Virus record (IMG/VR): IMGVR_UViG_3300033149_001257
Coordinates: 46,458 to 110,457 of that record
DNA length: 64,000 nucleotides
DNA from: a virus
Reading direction: 5' to 3' (one strand)
The notes beneath the pieces were generated by a model, which saw nothing but the letters and a program-made list of their open reading frames with translations, was not told where the DNA came from and searched no databases. Below are positions 39,119 through 48,220 of this stretch, in pieces. The first letter of the stretch is position 1; every line of letters starts with the position of its first letter. The position numbers and the translations under genes are program-made.

Positions 39119-39189
39119 AATAAAAGATGGTGAGGTGGCTAGAAAAAAAGAAGGAATTAACAAAAATATAAAATAAAAAGGAGATAAAA

Positions 39190-40293
39190 ATGAATCTGAA
39201 AATTGACAAACAGTTGTATGATTTGGTCCCACTTTTGACCGATGAGGAATATGCTGGTTTGGAGCAGAACTGTATCAAGAATGGCATAAGAGATTCTATT
39301 GTTATTTGGAAAGAAACAAAAGAGCCTGTTTATACGGTTATTGATGGCCATAATCGATATAAAATTGCTCAAAAGAATAAGTTGAAGTATGATACGGTTA
39401 TGGTTAATTTTGAATCAAAAGATGAGGCCAAGATATGGATTATTAATAATTGCTTAGATAGGCGCAATTTGAATGATGCTCAAAGAATTATGTTGGCTTT
39501 GAAAATGGATGATATTATAAAAGCAAAAGCAAAAACACAGCAAATTAGAAAACCCAAATCTGTTCCGACAATGTTGTCGGAACAAAAGCCAATAGAAACA
39601 AGGAGGGAAGTTGCAAAGATTGCTGGCACTGGACGGCTTGCGGTTGATAAAATGAGAACTATTTTGGATAAGGGTACTCCGGAGCAGAAAGAAAAAGTAT
39701 TGAGTGGGAAAAGCACAATTAGCGCAGTATCTCGCGACATAAAGAGGGTTGAAAAAAAAGAAGAAATTAAGCGTATCCCGCCATCAAAGCTCGAGGGTAA
39801 GTATAATGTTCTACTGGCAGATCCACCATGGCAATATGATATTACAAATACTGCCATTAGGGGTAATGCTGATGACCAATACCCCACAATGGATATAGAA
39901 AAAATAAAAGAGTTGCCTATTGAAAACATTACCCTTGATAATGCTGTCTTGTTTTTATGGACGACGTCCTCAATGATAAGAAAAGCATTTGATGTAATTG
40001 AGGCGTGGGGATTTGAGTTTAAGACTTCCATGGTGTGGGTTAAGGACCGTATAGGAACAGGTTTTTATGTGCGAAGTAAGCATGAGATATTATTAATAGG
40101 TGTTAAGGGAAGTTTTACCCCAATGACCACAAAGTTACCAGATAGCGCAATAATGGCAAAAAAGGAAAAGCATAGTAAAAAACCCGAAATATTTTATGAT
40201 ATAATAGAAAAAATGTATGCTGGACAAAAATACATAGAGTTGTTTGCCAGGAATGAGAGAGATGGTTGGGATTCGTGGGGAGAGGAAATATAA
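39190..40293 (+). CDS. ParB-like + MT-A70 family adenine methyltransferase
   Basis: VIDGHNRY and RRNL (ParB/Srx-like); LADPPW, LFLWTT, WVK..IG.G.YVRSKHE, HSKKP, IELFAR..RDGWDSWG. Confidence 0.9.
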   Translation: MNLKIDKQLYDLVPLLTDEEYAGLEQNCIKNGIRDSIVIWKETKEPVYTVIDGHNRYKIAQKNKLKYDTVMVNFESKDEAKIWIINNCLDRRNLNDAQRIMLALKMDDIIKAKAKTQQIRKPKSVPTMLSEQKPIETRREVAKIAGTGRLAVDKMRTILDKGTPEQKEKVLSGKSTISAVSRDIKRVEKKEEIKRIPPSKLEGKYNVLLADPPWQYDITNTAIRGNADDQYPTMDIEKIKELPIENITLDNAVLFLWTTSSMIRKAFDVIEAWGFEFKTSMVWVKDRIGTGFYVRSKHEILLIGVKGSFTPMTTKLPDSAIMAKKEKHSKKPEIFYDIIEKMYAGQKYIELFARNERDGWDSWGEEI

Positions 40294-40800
40294 ATGTCAT
40301 TTAGTGAAGATTTAGATTTGGAATATAAATTTTATGATAAATATTTCAGAAAATACCTGAGCGATAAGGGGTATGGTGAAATATATATCTGGTGGGATGA
40401 TAAAAATATAATTCATCAAGAATTGCAGAAAAAAAAAGATATTGATGTTGTGATAGAAAATAGAGCTGAGAAAAAAAATATTTCATTGTCATTGAAAGTT
40501 GTGCGACATATTTATGAACAAATATTCTTTGAGACGGTAAGTAATATCGGCAAGAAAACCCCGGGGTGGGGATATTATTCACAAGCAGATTGGATTGTTT
40601 ATGCCATGGGTGATTATAGAAATGGATTTCCTTCGCATTTTAAAATTCATAAATTCAAAAAAGACGATGTTTTGAAATTGAATATTAATAATTATCCAAT
40701 TGGTTATGGTAAAACTTATGATAGTGCCGGTAATTTGCTTTATAGAACCGAGGGTAGACTTATACCGCTAAGTGATTTTGATAATGAATTGATAAAATAA
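40294..40800 (+). CDS. Restriction-endonuclease-fold protein
   Basis: Q.KDIDV...SLK, IFFET.SN...PGW..YSQADW.VY; the expected D/E-x-K reads S-L-K. Confidence 0.55.
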   Translation: MSFSEDLDLEYKFYDKYFRKYLSDKGYGEIYIWWDDKNIIHQELQKKKDIDVVIENRAEKKNISLSLKVVRHIYEQIFFETVSNIGKKTPGWGYYSQADWIVYAMGDYRNGFPSHFKIHKFKKDDVLKLNINNYPIGYGKTYDSAGNLLYRTEGRLIPLSDFDNELIK

Positions 40801-40813
40801 AAGGAGAATTATA

Positions 40814-41236
40814 ATGTGGAGATACATTAAAATATTGCTTGAACTGGAACTTGCGCGTCTTACCGGCGTGGTTTATGGAAAAGAGGAAAAGGAGAGGATT
40901 GTCGGTATGTTAAAGGGTGCTATAAAAGAGTGTATCGCCAAAGATGATGAACTGGGAACATTATTGGATAGGGTTGATAAAATTGATTGTGGGGAATGTG
41001 ATAATAAAATAATAACCGGGGACTGTGGGCATATGGTATATGCCAATACGAAACCCGTTTCTATTGCAGATTATGATGAGCCTGGTAATCGTTGCGTTTC
41101 ACGTAAGATGCTGTGTCCCGATTGTTGTTTGGTAGAGGATAGGGCAGGTATGGTGTTGGAAGGTAAGGTAGCAGAAACCAATTGGATTAAATTTGGTGTT
41201 CCTTGTGGTATGCCTGATGACGAACCTGACCTTTGA
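40814..41236 (+). CDS. Cys-rich hypothetical protein
   Basis: CxxC motifs; RBS. Confidence 0.55.
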   Translation: MWRYIKILLELELARLTGVVYGKEEKERIVGMLKGAIKECIAKDDELGTLLDRVDKIDCGECDNKIITGDCGHMVYANTKPVSIADYDEPGNRCVSRKMLCPDCCLVEDRAGMVLEGKVAETNWIKFGVPCGMPDDEPDL

Positions 41237-41413
41237 CGAATGGTATGAAATATTAGAAAAGAGGGGTATGTGAAAAAGAAAAATAAAGAAAAGAAGAGTG
41301 TTAAGAAAAAAGCCGGTAAGGGATATTATTCAGAAACATATTCCATAGGAGTACCTGTGTTGAGAAAATACCCTCGTGGTATATCAAACAAAACTAAAAA
41401 AGGGAGGAGTTGA

Positions 41414-41872
41414 ATGTTAAAATTAACGAGTAATAAGCAGGTGAAGAGGTTGGTTGAGAATGGAGGTGGAGTGTTGAGGGTTGATGGTGATATTATGATT
41501 TGCGTTGATGACCTTATTGTTCCGGGTGATATTGAATGTGTGAATATTTACAGTTGGGAATCTAGGAAAAGTATCAGCGCAGAAAATATTACAGCGCGGG
41601 AGATTGTGGTGGGTAATATTACAGCAGGCGACATTGATGCCACGGACATTGTGGCGCTGAGTATTCTTGCGAGAAGTATTGACGCGATAGGGATTATCGC
41701 AACCGATATTAGATCGGGTGATATTCGTTATAGGGGTGGATGTTTTGTCACTGGTAATATTAAATGTGGGTCAATTACTGGTCGCACAAAAAAATGTAGA
41801 CATTTCTGTGTGAAAGGTAAAGTTAAAATAACCAGAAATTGGTATGTGTTGGGAATGGGAGGAACTAAATGA
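41414..41872 (+). CDS. Pentapeptide-repeat (IxAxx) beta-helix protein
   Basis: ISAEN ITARE IVVGN ITAGD IDATD IVALS ILARS IDAIG IIATD. Confidence 0.65.
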   Translation: MLKLTSNKQVKRLVENGGGVLRVDGDIMICVDDLIVPGDIECVNIYSWESRKSISAENITAREIVVGNITAGDIDATDIVALSILARSIDAIGIIATDIRSGDIRYRGGCFVTGNIKCGSITGRTKKCRHFCVKGKVKITRNWYVLGMGGTK

Positions 41873-42156
41873 GTTATGAGGGATACTCACAATACTGGTG
41901 CAAGAATGGTCATTATTGGGAGCACGACTGCATGGAAAGAGATGATGTGTGTAATCACTGTGGAGAAAAAGCAGTATTTGAGAATTCAGTAGACCAAACG
42001 AATGGTTCCTGCGACGAGAATGGCAAAAGAATTGATGGGCATATAGACCCGGTATTAGACAAGGAAGTCGCAGAAGTTTGCGATAAGTGTGGGTACAAAA
42101 AAATACTGGAACGAAGGTATCTTATCCCGAGAAAAAGGAGAAATCTAAATGAGTAA
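41869..42156 (+). CDS. Zinc-ribbon protein, paralog family B
   Basis: WCKNGHYW..DC....C..CGE; paralog at 53958. Confidence 0.65.
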   Translation: MSYEGYSQYWCKNGHYWEHDCMERDDVCNHCGEKAVFENSVDQTNGSCDENGKRIDGHIDPVLDKEVAEVCDKCGYKKILERRYLIPRKRRNLNE

Positions 42157-42412
42157 TAAGTTAATCGCTGAGGGTTTTGGGATTATGAGGACGGTGTTAC
42201 GCGGTGGCCTTAAAAAAGAGAGGAAAATCCTGCTGTTGGCAAAGTTGGAAAAGGTAATAGATGAATTAGAGAACGAACCAGAAAACATTGAATTGGAGGT
42301 AAAATCTAAAGTGGATGCCGTAGGAAAGGTTGTTGTTGGTAGCAAGAGAATCGAGAAAAGAAACGGACGTATTATTTCTCACGATAAGGGCGGTTCAGAA
42401 ATCATTGGTTGA
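42149..42412 (+). CDS. Hypothetical protein
   Basis: Operon overlap; RBS. Confidence 0.5.
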   Translation: MSNKLIAEGFGIMRTVLRGGLKKERKILLLAKLEKVIDELENEPENIELEVKSKVDAVGKVVVGSKRIEKRNGRIISHDKGGSEIIG

Positions 42413-42431
42413 AAAATAAAAGGAGATTATT

Positions 42432-43460
42432 ATGCCAGATGCTAAAATATCGTTGGACCCTGGGATTTTTACTGAGGAAGTGTTTAGAGAGGCATCTTCT
42501 GAGAAGTTAGAGCCGTCGTGTGTTGTATGCTTCTATCTTTATTCTGCCGGGAATTCAGATTCAACAGGAGTCTTCGAACCTAAGATTTCCACCCTCACAT
42601 ATAACGCATTACCGGGTAAGGTATCTCAAGATGGTATGAAAATATATAAATATTTATTAGACAATAATAAGTATCTGGAGTTCATAGCATCAAATGGTAA
42701 AAGATATACCTACATCCCAGCATATCTTAAAATAAACACTCTTAATCACCCGAGGAAACCTATTTTACCATTCCCCCCTAAAGATTGGCTATTGGATGCC
42801 CATTACGCCATCGCAAAGAAGTGGGGAATCGACCTGGATAAAATGAAAACCAGAAAACCTCAGAAAGAACTGACAATTTTTGATGATGATAATATGGGGA
42901 ATGGCGCAGAAGGGAATGGGAAAAAAGATACTCCTGTTGCGGAAAAAGCTGTGGAAAATAAAGACACTGTTGTGCCTGAAAAAAAGGAAAGCGTGCCAGA
43001 AAAGCCTGATGAAAAGAAAGAAAGTCCGTCGGTAAAAGAAGAAAAGAATCCCATGGATAATACGAATGAAATAATTGATGCGATAGTGTCATTGTGGAAT
43101 AAAACAAATCTAAAACATGTCACTAAGATTACCGATACAAGAAAATCTAAAATAAAAACAAGGTTGAAAGAAAAAGAATTTATTGATGGGTGGGAAACTG
43201 CAATCTTGAAAATGTCGGAATCCAATCTGTGCCTCGAGGCCGGATGGGCCACAATGGACTTCCTTATTGATAATTCTAATAATTACATTAAGGTTTTGGA
43301 AGGTAAATACGATAATCCGGGGGTCCGTAAGGTTGAATTGAGTGCCAATAAAAGACCTGACATAAAAGACTATGGTAATTTATCTGACCCTCGTATGCGC
43401 GTTAAGGCGTATCAGGAGGATATGAAGAAGTGGGTTGAAAAGTATGGAGATAAAAAGTGA
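42432..43460 (+). CDS. Replication initiator / replisome organiser
   Basis: Low-complexity linker, then C-terminal WN...IT..RK..IK.RL...WATMDFLI....YIKVLEGKYD; upstream of iterons and dnaB. Confidence 0.75.
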   Translation: MPDAKISLDPGIFTEEVFREASSEKLEPSCVVCFYLYSAGNSDSTGVFEPKISTLTYNALPGKVSQDGMKIYKYLLDNNKYLEFIASNGKRYTYIPAYLKINTLNHPRKPILPFPPKDWLLDAHYAIAKKWGIDLDKMKTRKPQKELTIFDDDNMGNGAEGNGKKDTPVAEKAVENKDTVVPEKKESVPEKPDEKKESPSVKEEKNPMDNTNEIIDAIVSLWNKTNLKHVTKITDTRKSKIKTRLKEKEFIDGWETAILKMSESNLCLEAGWATMDFLIDNSNNYIKVLEGKYDNPGVRKVELSANKRPDIKDYGNLSDPRMRVKAYQEDMKKWVEKYGDKK

Positions 43461-43465
43461 TGAAT

Positions 43466-43632
43466 TACGGTAAGTCTACGGTTATACTACGTGAAGGCTA
43501 CCGTGGTGATACGGTAAACTACTCGCAGTCTACACGAAGGTCGCGTTGTAGTAAGTAGAATATCTAGAGTAGAATTATTATAATAGGCTGTTATAGATAG
43601 TATTAGTATTAGTATAAAAGAGTTATAGTATG
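43466..43632. repeat. Putative replication origin: 11-bp-period TAC iterons plus AT-rich tract
   Basis: TAC units at 43466, 43477, 43488, 43499, 43510, 43520 and 43531, then AT-rich (TAGTAT)n. Confidence 0.7.
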
Positions 43633-43660
43633 TCAAGAAAATCGCAGAAAGGACTTGGAA

Positions 43661-45004
43661 ATGGACGATTTCACAAAGGTACCCCCACAGAATGCTGAAG
43701 CCGAAAGGTCGTTGCTTGGTGCAATGATGATAGAAGGCGATGCGATATCTACTGCTTTGGACATTGTTACTAAAGACGATTTTTATGATAATAATAATGG
43801 CGTGATATTTACTGCTATTAAAAATCTTCATCTTAAAAATGCTCCGGTTGATATGGTTACAGTTTCTGACCTCTTAAAGAAAGAAGGTACATTCGATAGT
43901 GTAGGGGGTGCCACTTACCTTGTGGATACCATAGACACCGTATCTACTGCTGTGAATATAGATTACTACTGTAAAATAGTTAAAGAGAAGTCTATACTCA
44001 GGAACAATATAAAACTGGCGAGTAATATTATCCAGCAGTGTTATTCCGGGTTAGATCACCAAGAAATATTCAATGGCGTGCAAAAGGAATATGAATCAAT
44101 ATTTAGTATAGACGAAAAAACGGAACATAACTTAGTTATGGCTACGAGCGATGATTTTCTTCGTGAATACCAGGATGTTCTTGATAAACGACACGAGATG
44201 TTTAAAGACGGCCCTGAGTTTCCATCGGGATTCCGGGATTTAGATAAACTGTTGCAGGTTGGATTTCTTAGAGGCCAAATCGCCACTATTGGAGCGCGGC
44301 CGAGTGTTGGGAAGACGGCTTTGTGTATAAATCTCATATCTAATTTTCTGAAAAAAAAGAAAAGGACATTGATATTTACTACGGAGATGACCCGACATAA
44401 TGTTTTTGATAGGGTGCTTTCTATGAATTATGGAGTTAATGGGTACGACCTCCTTATGGGAAGGGTGGATAAAAAAGTATCAGATGCTATAAACTCTTTT
44501 AGGGAAGATTTTTTTGAGAGAGAGTTCTTTATCTGCGACATACCTGAACCCACGTCCAGGGACATTGAGGACATAATTGTTAAAGTTAAACCCGATGTGT
44601 TTATATTTGACTATTTCAATAGGGCCATTACTGCGAATATGGATAAACGCGCCATTGAATTGGAGATGATAATAAACAAAATGCAGACACTGGCGCTACG
44701 GTATAATTGTGCCGGCATAGTAGCCGCCCAGCTTAATAGAGAGTATGAGAAAAGTAAGTCGGCGGAACCTCTAATGTCACACCTTAAAGACACCGGTGGA
44801 TTAGAGCAGGTATCATCGCTGATTATATGTTTAGCCAGGCTTGCTCCTGAAACAAGTGACGAGGCAGATGAGATGTTTGCTAAGGGTACGGAAAAAATAA
44901 AACTATGGATACTTAAAAACAGGTTTGGTGAAATAGGAACGGTGGAGTTAAATTTCAATGGCAGTAGGTTAAGGTTTGAGGATTTACCAGAAAAACACTT
45001 TTAA
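43661..45004 (+). CDS. dnaB: Replicative DNA helicase DnaB-like
   Basis: PPQNAEAERSLLG, GARPSVGKT, EM, IFDY, AQLNR, LKDTG.LEQ, KNRFG. Confidence 0.95.
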   Translation: MDDFTKVPPQNAEAERSLLGAMMIEGDAISTALDIVTKDDFYDNNNGVIFTAIKNLHLKNAPVDMVTVSDLLKKEGTFDSVGGATYLVDTIDTVSTAVNIDYYCKIVKEKSILRNNIKLASNIIQQCYSGLDHQEIFNGVQKEYESIFSIDEKTEHNLVMATSDDFLREYQDVLDKRHEMFKDGPEFPSGFRDLDKLLQVGFLRGQIATIGARPSVGKTALCINLISNFLKKKKRTLIFTTEMTRHNVFDRVLSMNYGVNGYDLLMGRVDKKVSDAINSFREDFFEREFFICDIPEPTSRDIEDIIVKVKPDVFIFDYFNRAITANMDKRAIELEMIINKMQTLALRYNCAGIVAAQLNREYEKSKSAEPLMSHLKDTGGLEQVSSLIICLARLAPETSDEADEMFAKGTEKIKLWILKNRFGEIGTVELNFNGSRLRFEDLPEKHF

Positions 45005-45014
45005 GGGAGGATTT

Positions 45015-45587
45015 ATGAAAAAAGAGTATGGCTATGGCGAAAAGTATTTTGAGGGCAAGAGAAGGTACTACAGTGTCAGGAAGATGGGGTTGAGGATTAA
45101 GGTCATCCGCGTAAAGAAGTCAATTTATGAAATGCTCAAAATGGATAAATTGTATATCCAGATGAATTGGGCGGTGAATGAGTATTTCAATGTGACTCAC
45201 CTGGAACAGATAAGAAGGCAGAAATGTATGGACGTGGAAAAGATGAATGGGCCAGCGCAGTCGGGAGTTGAGGTTGTTGTGAAGGTGGGAATGTGGGAGA
45301 GAATTAAAAAGTTTTTCAAAAAAATCTTTAAAGGGGGAATTGAAATGAAAAATCAGAAAGGATTTTCATTAATTGAGCTTATGTTGGTGGTGGTCATTCT
45401 GGGGTCTATAGCGTTCCTTGCTATTGGGGCATGGACAGATAGAACATTGGAATTCTGGTTGTCTTTTTTTAAGGGGGAGGCCGTAAGTGTTCCATTTATT
45501 CTAAGTGGAATATTAAGTGTTGTTCTTAATGTCATCGCAGTTGTAATAAATATTATATCTGAAATAGCCAGAATATTTATTGCATAA
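45015..45587 (+). CDS. Basic N-terminal region in frame with a type IV pilin-like membrane protein (internal start 45345)
   Basis: GGGAGG RBS at 45015; second GGGGG RBS before MKNQKGFSLIELMLVVVILG. Confidence 0.65.
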   Translation: MKKEYGYGEKYFEGKRRYYSVRKMGLRIKVIRVKKSIYEMLKMDKLYIQMNWAVNEYFNVTHLEQIRRQKCMDVEKMNGPAQSGVEVVVKVGMWERIKKFFKKIFKGGIEMKNQKGFSLIELMLVVVILGSIAFLAIGAWTDRTLEFWLSFFKGEAVSVPFILSGILSVVLNVIAVVINIISEIARIFIA

Positions 45588-45621
45588 TATTGGAAATAAA
45601 ATAAATAAAAGGAGGATTTAA

Positions 45622-45864
45622 ATGAGAGTTGAATGGGCGTTTGACGATTCTTCTCATGCTGTTGAGGGAACCATGAATGAATGTGTGGAGATGGGTAATA
45701 TTATTATGCCGGGATATTTTGGTGGTGATAATAATGGGGATGCCATGGGTGAGATAGAAAAATCTTTCAATGAGTATGCGGATGGCAAGATTGGCGATAC
45801 TGATTTCATAAGTAAGGTTGTGGCGGTATTAAAAAATAAAAATAAAAAGGAGGTAGCGAAATGA
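45622..45864 (+). CDS. Hypothetical protein, paralog family A
   Basis: MRVEW...EGTMNEC. Confidence 0.65.
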   Translation: MRVEWAFDDSSHAVEGTMNECVEMGNIIMPGYFGGDNNGDAMGEIEKSFNEYADGKIGDTDFISKVVAVLKNKNKKEVAK

Positions 45865-46328
45865 GGTTAGACAATGGTACGTTTGGAGTTGATTTGATTT
45901 GTGTAAGAAAGTTGGACAAGCGGACAGGTAATGTAGTGAATTGTGTTTTGAACATGGCAAACATTTCGGACTATTCTGGGGTTCCAGACAATGACCGGCA
46001 GATGACGGTTGTTTATGGAGCAGGCCAGAGTTCGGTTACGATTACGTTAATGGAGAGTATCTACGAGTTTATCAAGTTGGTCTGTATGCCTGCCGATGAT
46101 AATGTGGATGTCGTAAAAGAGCCAGTAGAAGATGTGGTGGAAAAGAAGACGGATGTGCCCAAGAAAAGCAAGGCCGATTCTGGTGGTGGACCCTCCACCC
46201 CAGCGTCTGACGAAAAAAATATCAGTACTCAAACGCCAAAAAAAACAACACCCGGGAATGGTAGTGCCGGCACGGGTGGCCCTATTACCACATCACAAAA
46301 TTCCCCGGAGGGAGAAAAGAATGTTTAG
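45861..46328 (+). CDS. Hypothetical protein with disordered C-terminus
   Basis: AGGAGG RBS. Confidence 0.55.
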   Translation: MRLDNGTFGVDLICVRKLDKRTGNVVNCVLNMANISDYSGVPDNDRQMTVVYGAGQSSVTITLMESIYEFIKLVCMPADDNVDVVKEPVEDVVEKKTDVPKKSKADSGGGPSTPASDEKNISTQTPKKTTPGNGSAGTGGPITTSQNSPEGEKNV

Positions 46329-46515
46329 AGCTGACTATGTATATTCTACTAAGTGTGATGGTGATAAATGTAGGGTGGTTCTCAATAAAGTATTTTTTGA
46401 TATAGCCACAATGGTAGAGCATCTGAAAAAAAGAGGATGGTCAGTAAATACAATGGTGGGGAAATGCTTTTGCCCCGAATGTAGTAAAAAGGAGAATAAG
46501 AATGGAAAACGATAA
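46321..46515 (+). CDS. Small zinc-finger protein
   Basis: CDG..C...GW......FCPEC. Confidence 0.55.
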   Translation: MFRADYVYSTKCDGDKCRVVLNKVFFDIATMVEHLKKRGWSVNTMVGKCFCPECSKKENKNGKR

Positions 46516-46753
46516 TAAGATTATTAATATGGGAACGAATAGTGATGGTGAAAAGAAAAACGACAAAAAAAAGGAAACAGTTCCACCAATTTTTTGTCCA
46601 GAGTTATCAACCACAATGCTTGTTCCTGCCGGAGCGTCATTATCACCCAATGCTCCGGAGGTTGCTGTTAAAACATTTTACATAAAATGTATTAAAGAAA
46701 AATGTAAGCACTATAAGAAAGAAACTGACGGTTGTAAATTGGAACACTCTTGA
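46502..46753 (+). CDS. Cys-rich hypothetical protein
   Basis: FCP...CIKEKC..Y.....C motif. Confidence 0.55.
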   Translation: MENDNKIINMGTNSDGEKKNDKKKETVPPIFCPELSTTMLVPAGASLSPNAPEVAVKTFYIKCIKEKCKHYKKETDGCKLEHS

Positions 46754-46879
46754 AAAAGAAAGGACCCTACTTCGCAAGAATAATAATAAGGGGAGGCGCG
46801 AAGTAGGGCTTATATGAAGAACTACGTTGGTCGGGAATACCAACAAGACGAGTATACCATACGAGGTATAGTTTGTCAA
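46752..46879 (-). ncRNA. Antisense small-RNA unit (promoter + ~95-nt RNA + terminator)
   Basis: TTGACA(46879)-17-TATACT; 5' hairpin GTTGGT/ACCAAC; perfect 11-bp stem followed by a U-rich tail. Confidence 0.65.
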
Positions 46880-46907
46880 GGAATATTTTTTCAAGAAAGG
46901 ATTTGGA

Positions 46908-47120
46908 ATGAAAAAGAAACCAGAGGAAAAGAAAGCAGAGATGTTGGTGTTCCACATTGAAGATTATGGGTTGACGATTACCTACGACCCCGTGGCATGG
47001 TTGGAGTATGACTTGAAAAGATTTATTCTCAAGAAACTTGAGGAAGGTTTATCTCCCGAGAAGTGTTTTGAACCCGAGATTAAAAAGGGTATGTTGAAAA
47101 TCAAAAGGAGGAAAGCATAA
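46908..47120 (+). CDS. Hypothetical protein
   Basis: RBS; operon. Confidence 0.5.
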   Translation: MKKKPEEKKAEMLVFHIEDYGLTITYDPVAWLEYDLKRFILKKLEEGLSPEKCFEPEIKKGMLKIKRRKA

Positions 47121-48202
47121 TGTCAATACCTGCAAAATTATGGACCAGAGATGATGTCATAAAATTAAAGGAACTTAGGGCGAAGAATATGCCATGGAGG
47201 GATATTGCTTCTATCATGTGTAGGTCAGAGAAATCTGTAACATGGAGATGGTATAAACTCATTAGGAACGGTGATGCAAAAGAAACGGAGCCGGAAGAAG
47301 TTTCAGTTCCTGATAATTATGGAGTCCCCGAGAGTAAACTAAAGGGGTTGCAGGATATTGAAGAAATTAAAAAGTGGTACAAGGAAAGAGTGGACAGTAT
47401 AAGGAAGAAGTGTAAGTTTGAATCTGATTTTGAGTTTAATCTTTCCAAGACACATCCATATATCATAGTGAAAATTCCAGACATGGATTTCAATAAAATA
47501 AAAATAGTTCCTATCGGTGATTTTCATTATGGGGTTGCCCAATGTAGCGTAGACAAACTTAAAGAATGGATTGATTGGATAAGAAGAACCCCCAACGCTT
47601 TTGTTGTGCTCATGGGTGATACTACTGAAAATTCTACCAGATATTCTATAGGGAGTGGTGTCTACGAACAGATACTAAGACCCCGGCAACAGAAGGTTGA
47701 TATGATGGAAATACTTGCTCCCATAAGACATAAGATTATTGCTATGGTTGAGGGGAATCATGGGAGAAGGAGTGTGAAAGAGGTAGATTATTCACCGGAA
47801 CAAGAAATTGCCAATACCCTGGAAATACCATTTTTCAGATATACGGCATACATTGATATTGTTTGGGGTGGACACCTGTTTGAAATATTCGCTACCCATG
47901 GAGTTACCGGTGCTGTTACCGAGGGTGGTAAAATAAACGCGATAGCAAAGCCAACTATGTTTACTCGCGCAGATATATTTCTACAGGGACATACTCACGA
48001 CAAGTTTGCAAAATCTAAACTTGAGCTTATTCGTGACAGGAAAAGTTTGGAGATTAAAAGACGTAAGTATTATCTTGTAAACACTGGTTCGTTTATGAAC
48101 TACTGGGATTCATACGCAGAAGGAAAACTGTATGCTCCAGTACCAATAGGCACGGTGAATGTAGAACTGTATAAAGACGGCGATTATCATTGTACATCTT
48201 AA
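47120..48202 (+). CDS. Myb/HTH domain + calcineurin-like metallophosphoesterase
   Basis: WT..D...L.....W..IA; GDFH, MGD, GNHG, THG and GHTH motifs. Confidence 0.85.
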   Translation: MSIPAKLWTRDDVIKLKELRAKNMPWRDIASIMCRSEKSVTWRWYKLIRNGDAKETEPEEVSVPDNYGVPESKLKGLQDIEEIKKWYKERVDSIRKKCKFESDFEFNLSKTHPYIIVKIPDMDFNKIKIVPIGDFHYGVAQCSVDKLKEWIDWIRRTPNAFVVLMGDTTENSTRYSIGSGVYEQILRPRQQKVDMMEILAPIRHKIIAMVEGNHGRRSVKEVDYSPEQEIANTLEIPFFRYTAYIDIVWGGHLFEIFATHGVTGAVTEGGKINAIAKPTMFTRADIFLQGHTHDKFAKSKLELIRDRKSLEIKRRKYYLVNTGSFMNYWDSYAEGKLYAPVPIGTVNVELYKDGDYHCTS

Positions 48203-48220
48203 AAAAGAAAGGAGTATCTG

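Noticed and set aside
43610-43636. Minus-strand TTGACA upstream of dnaB
   Set aside because: TATACT is only 14 bp away, which is not a credible sigma70 spacing.
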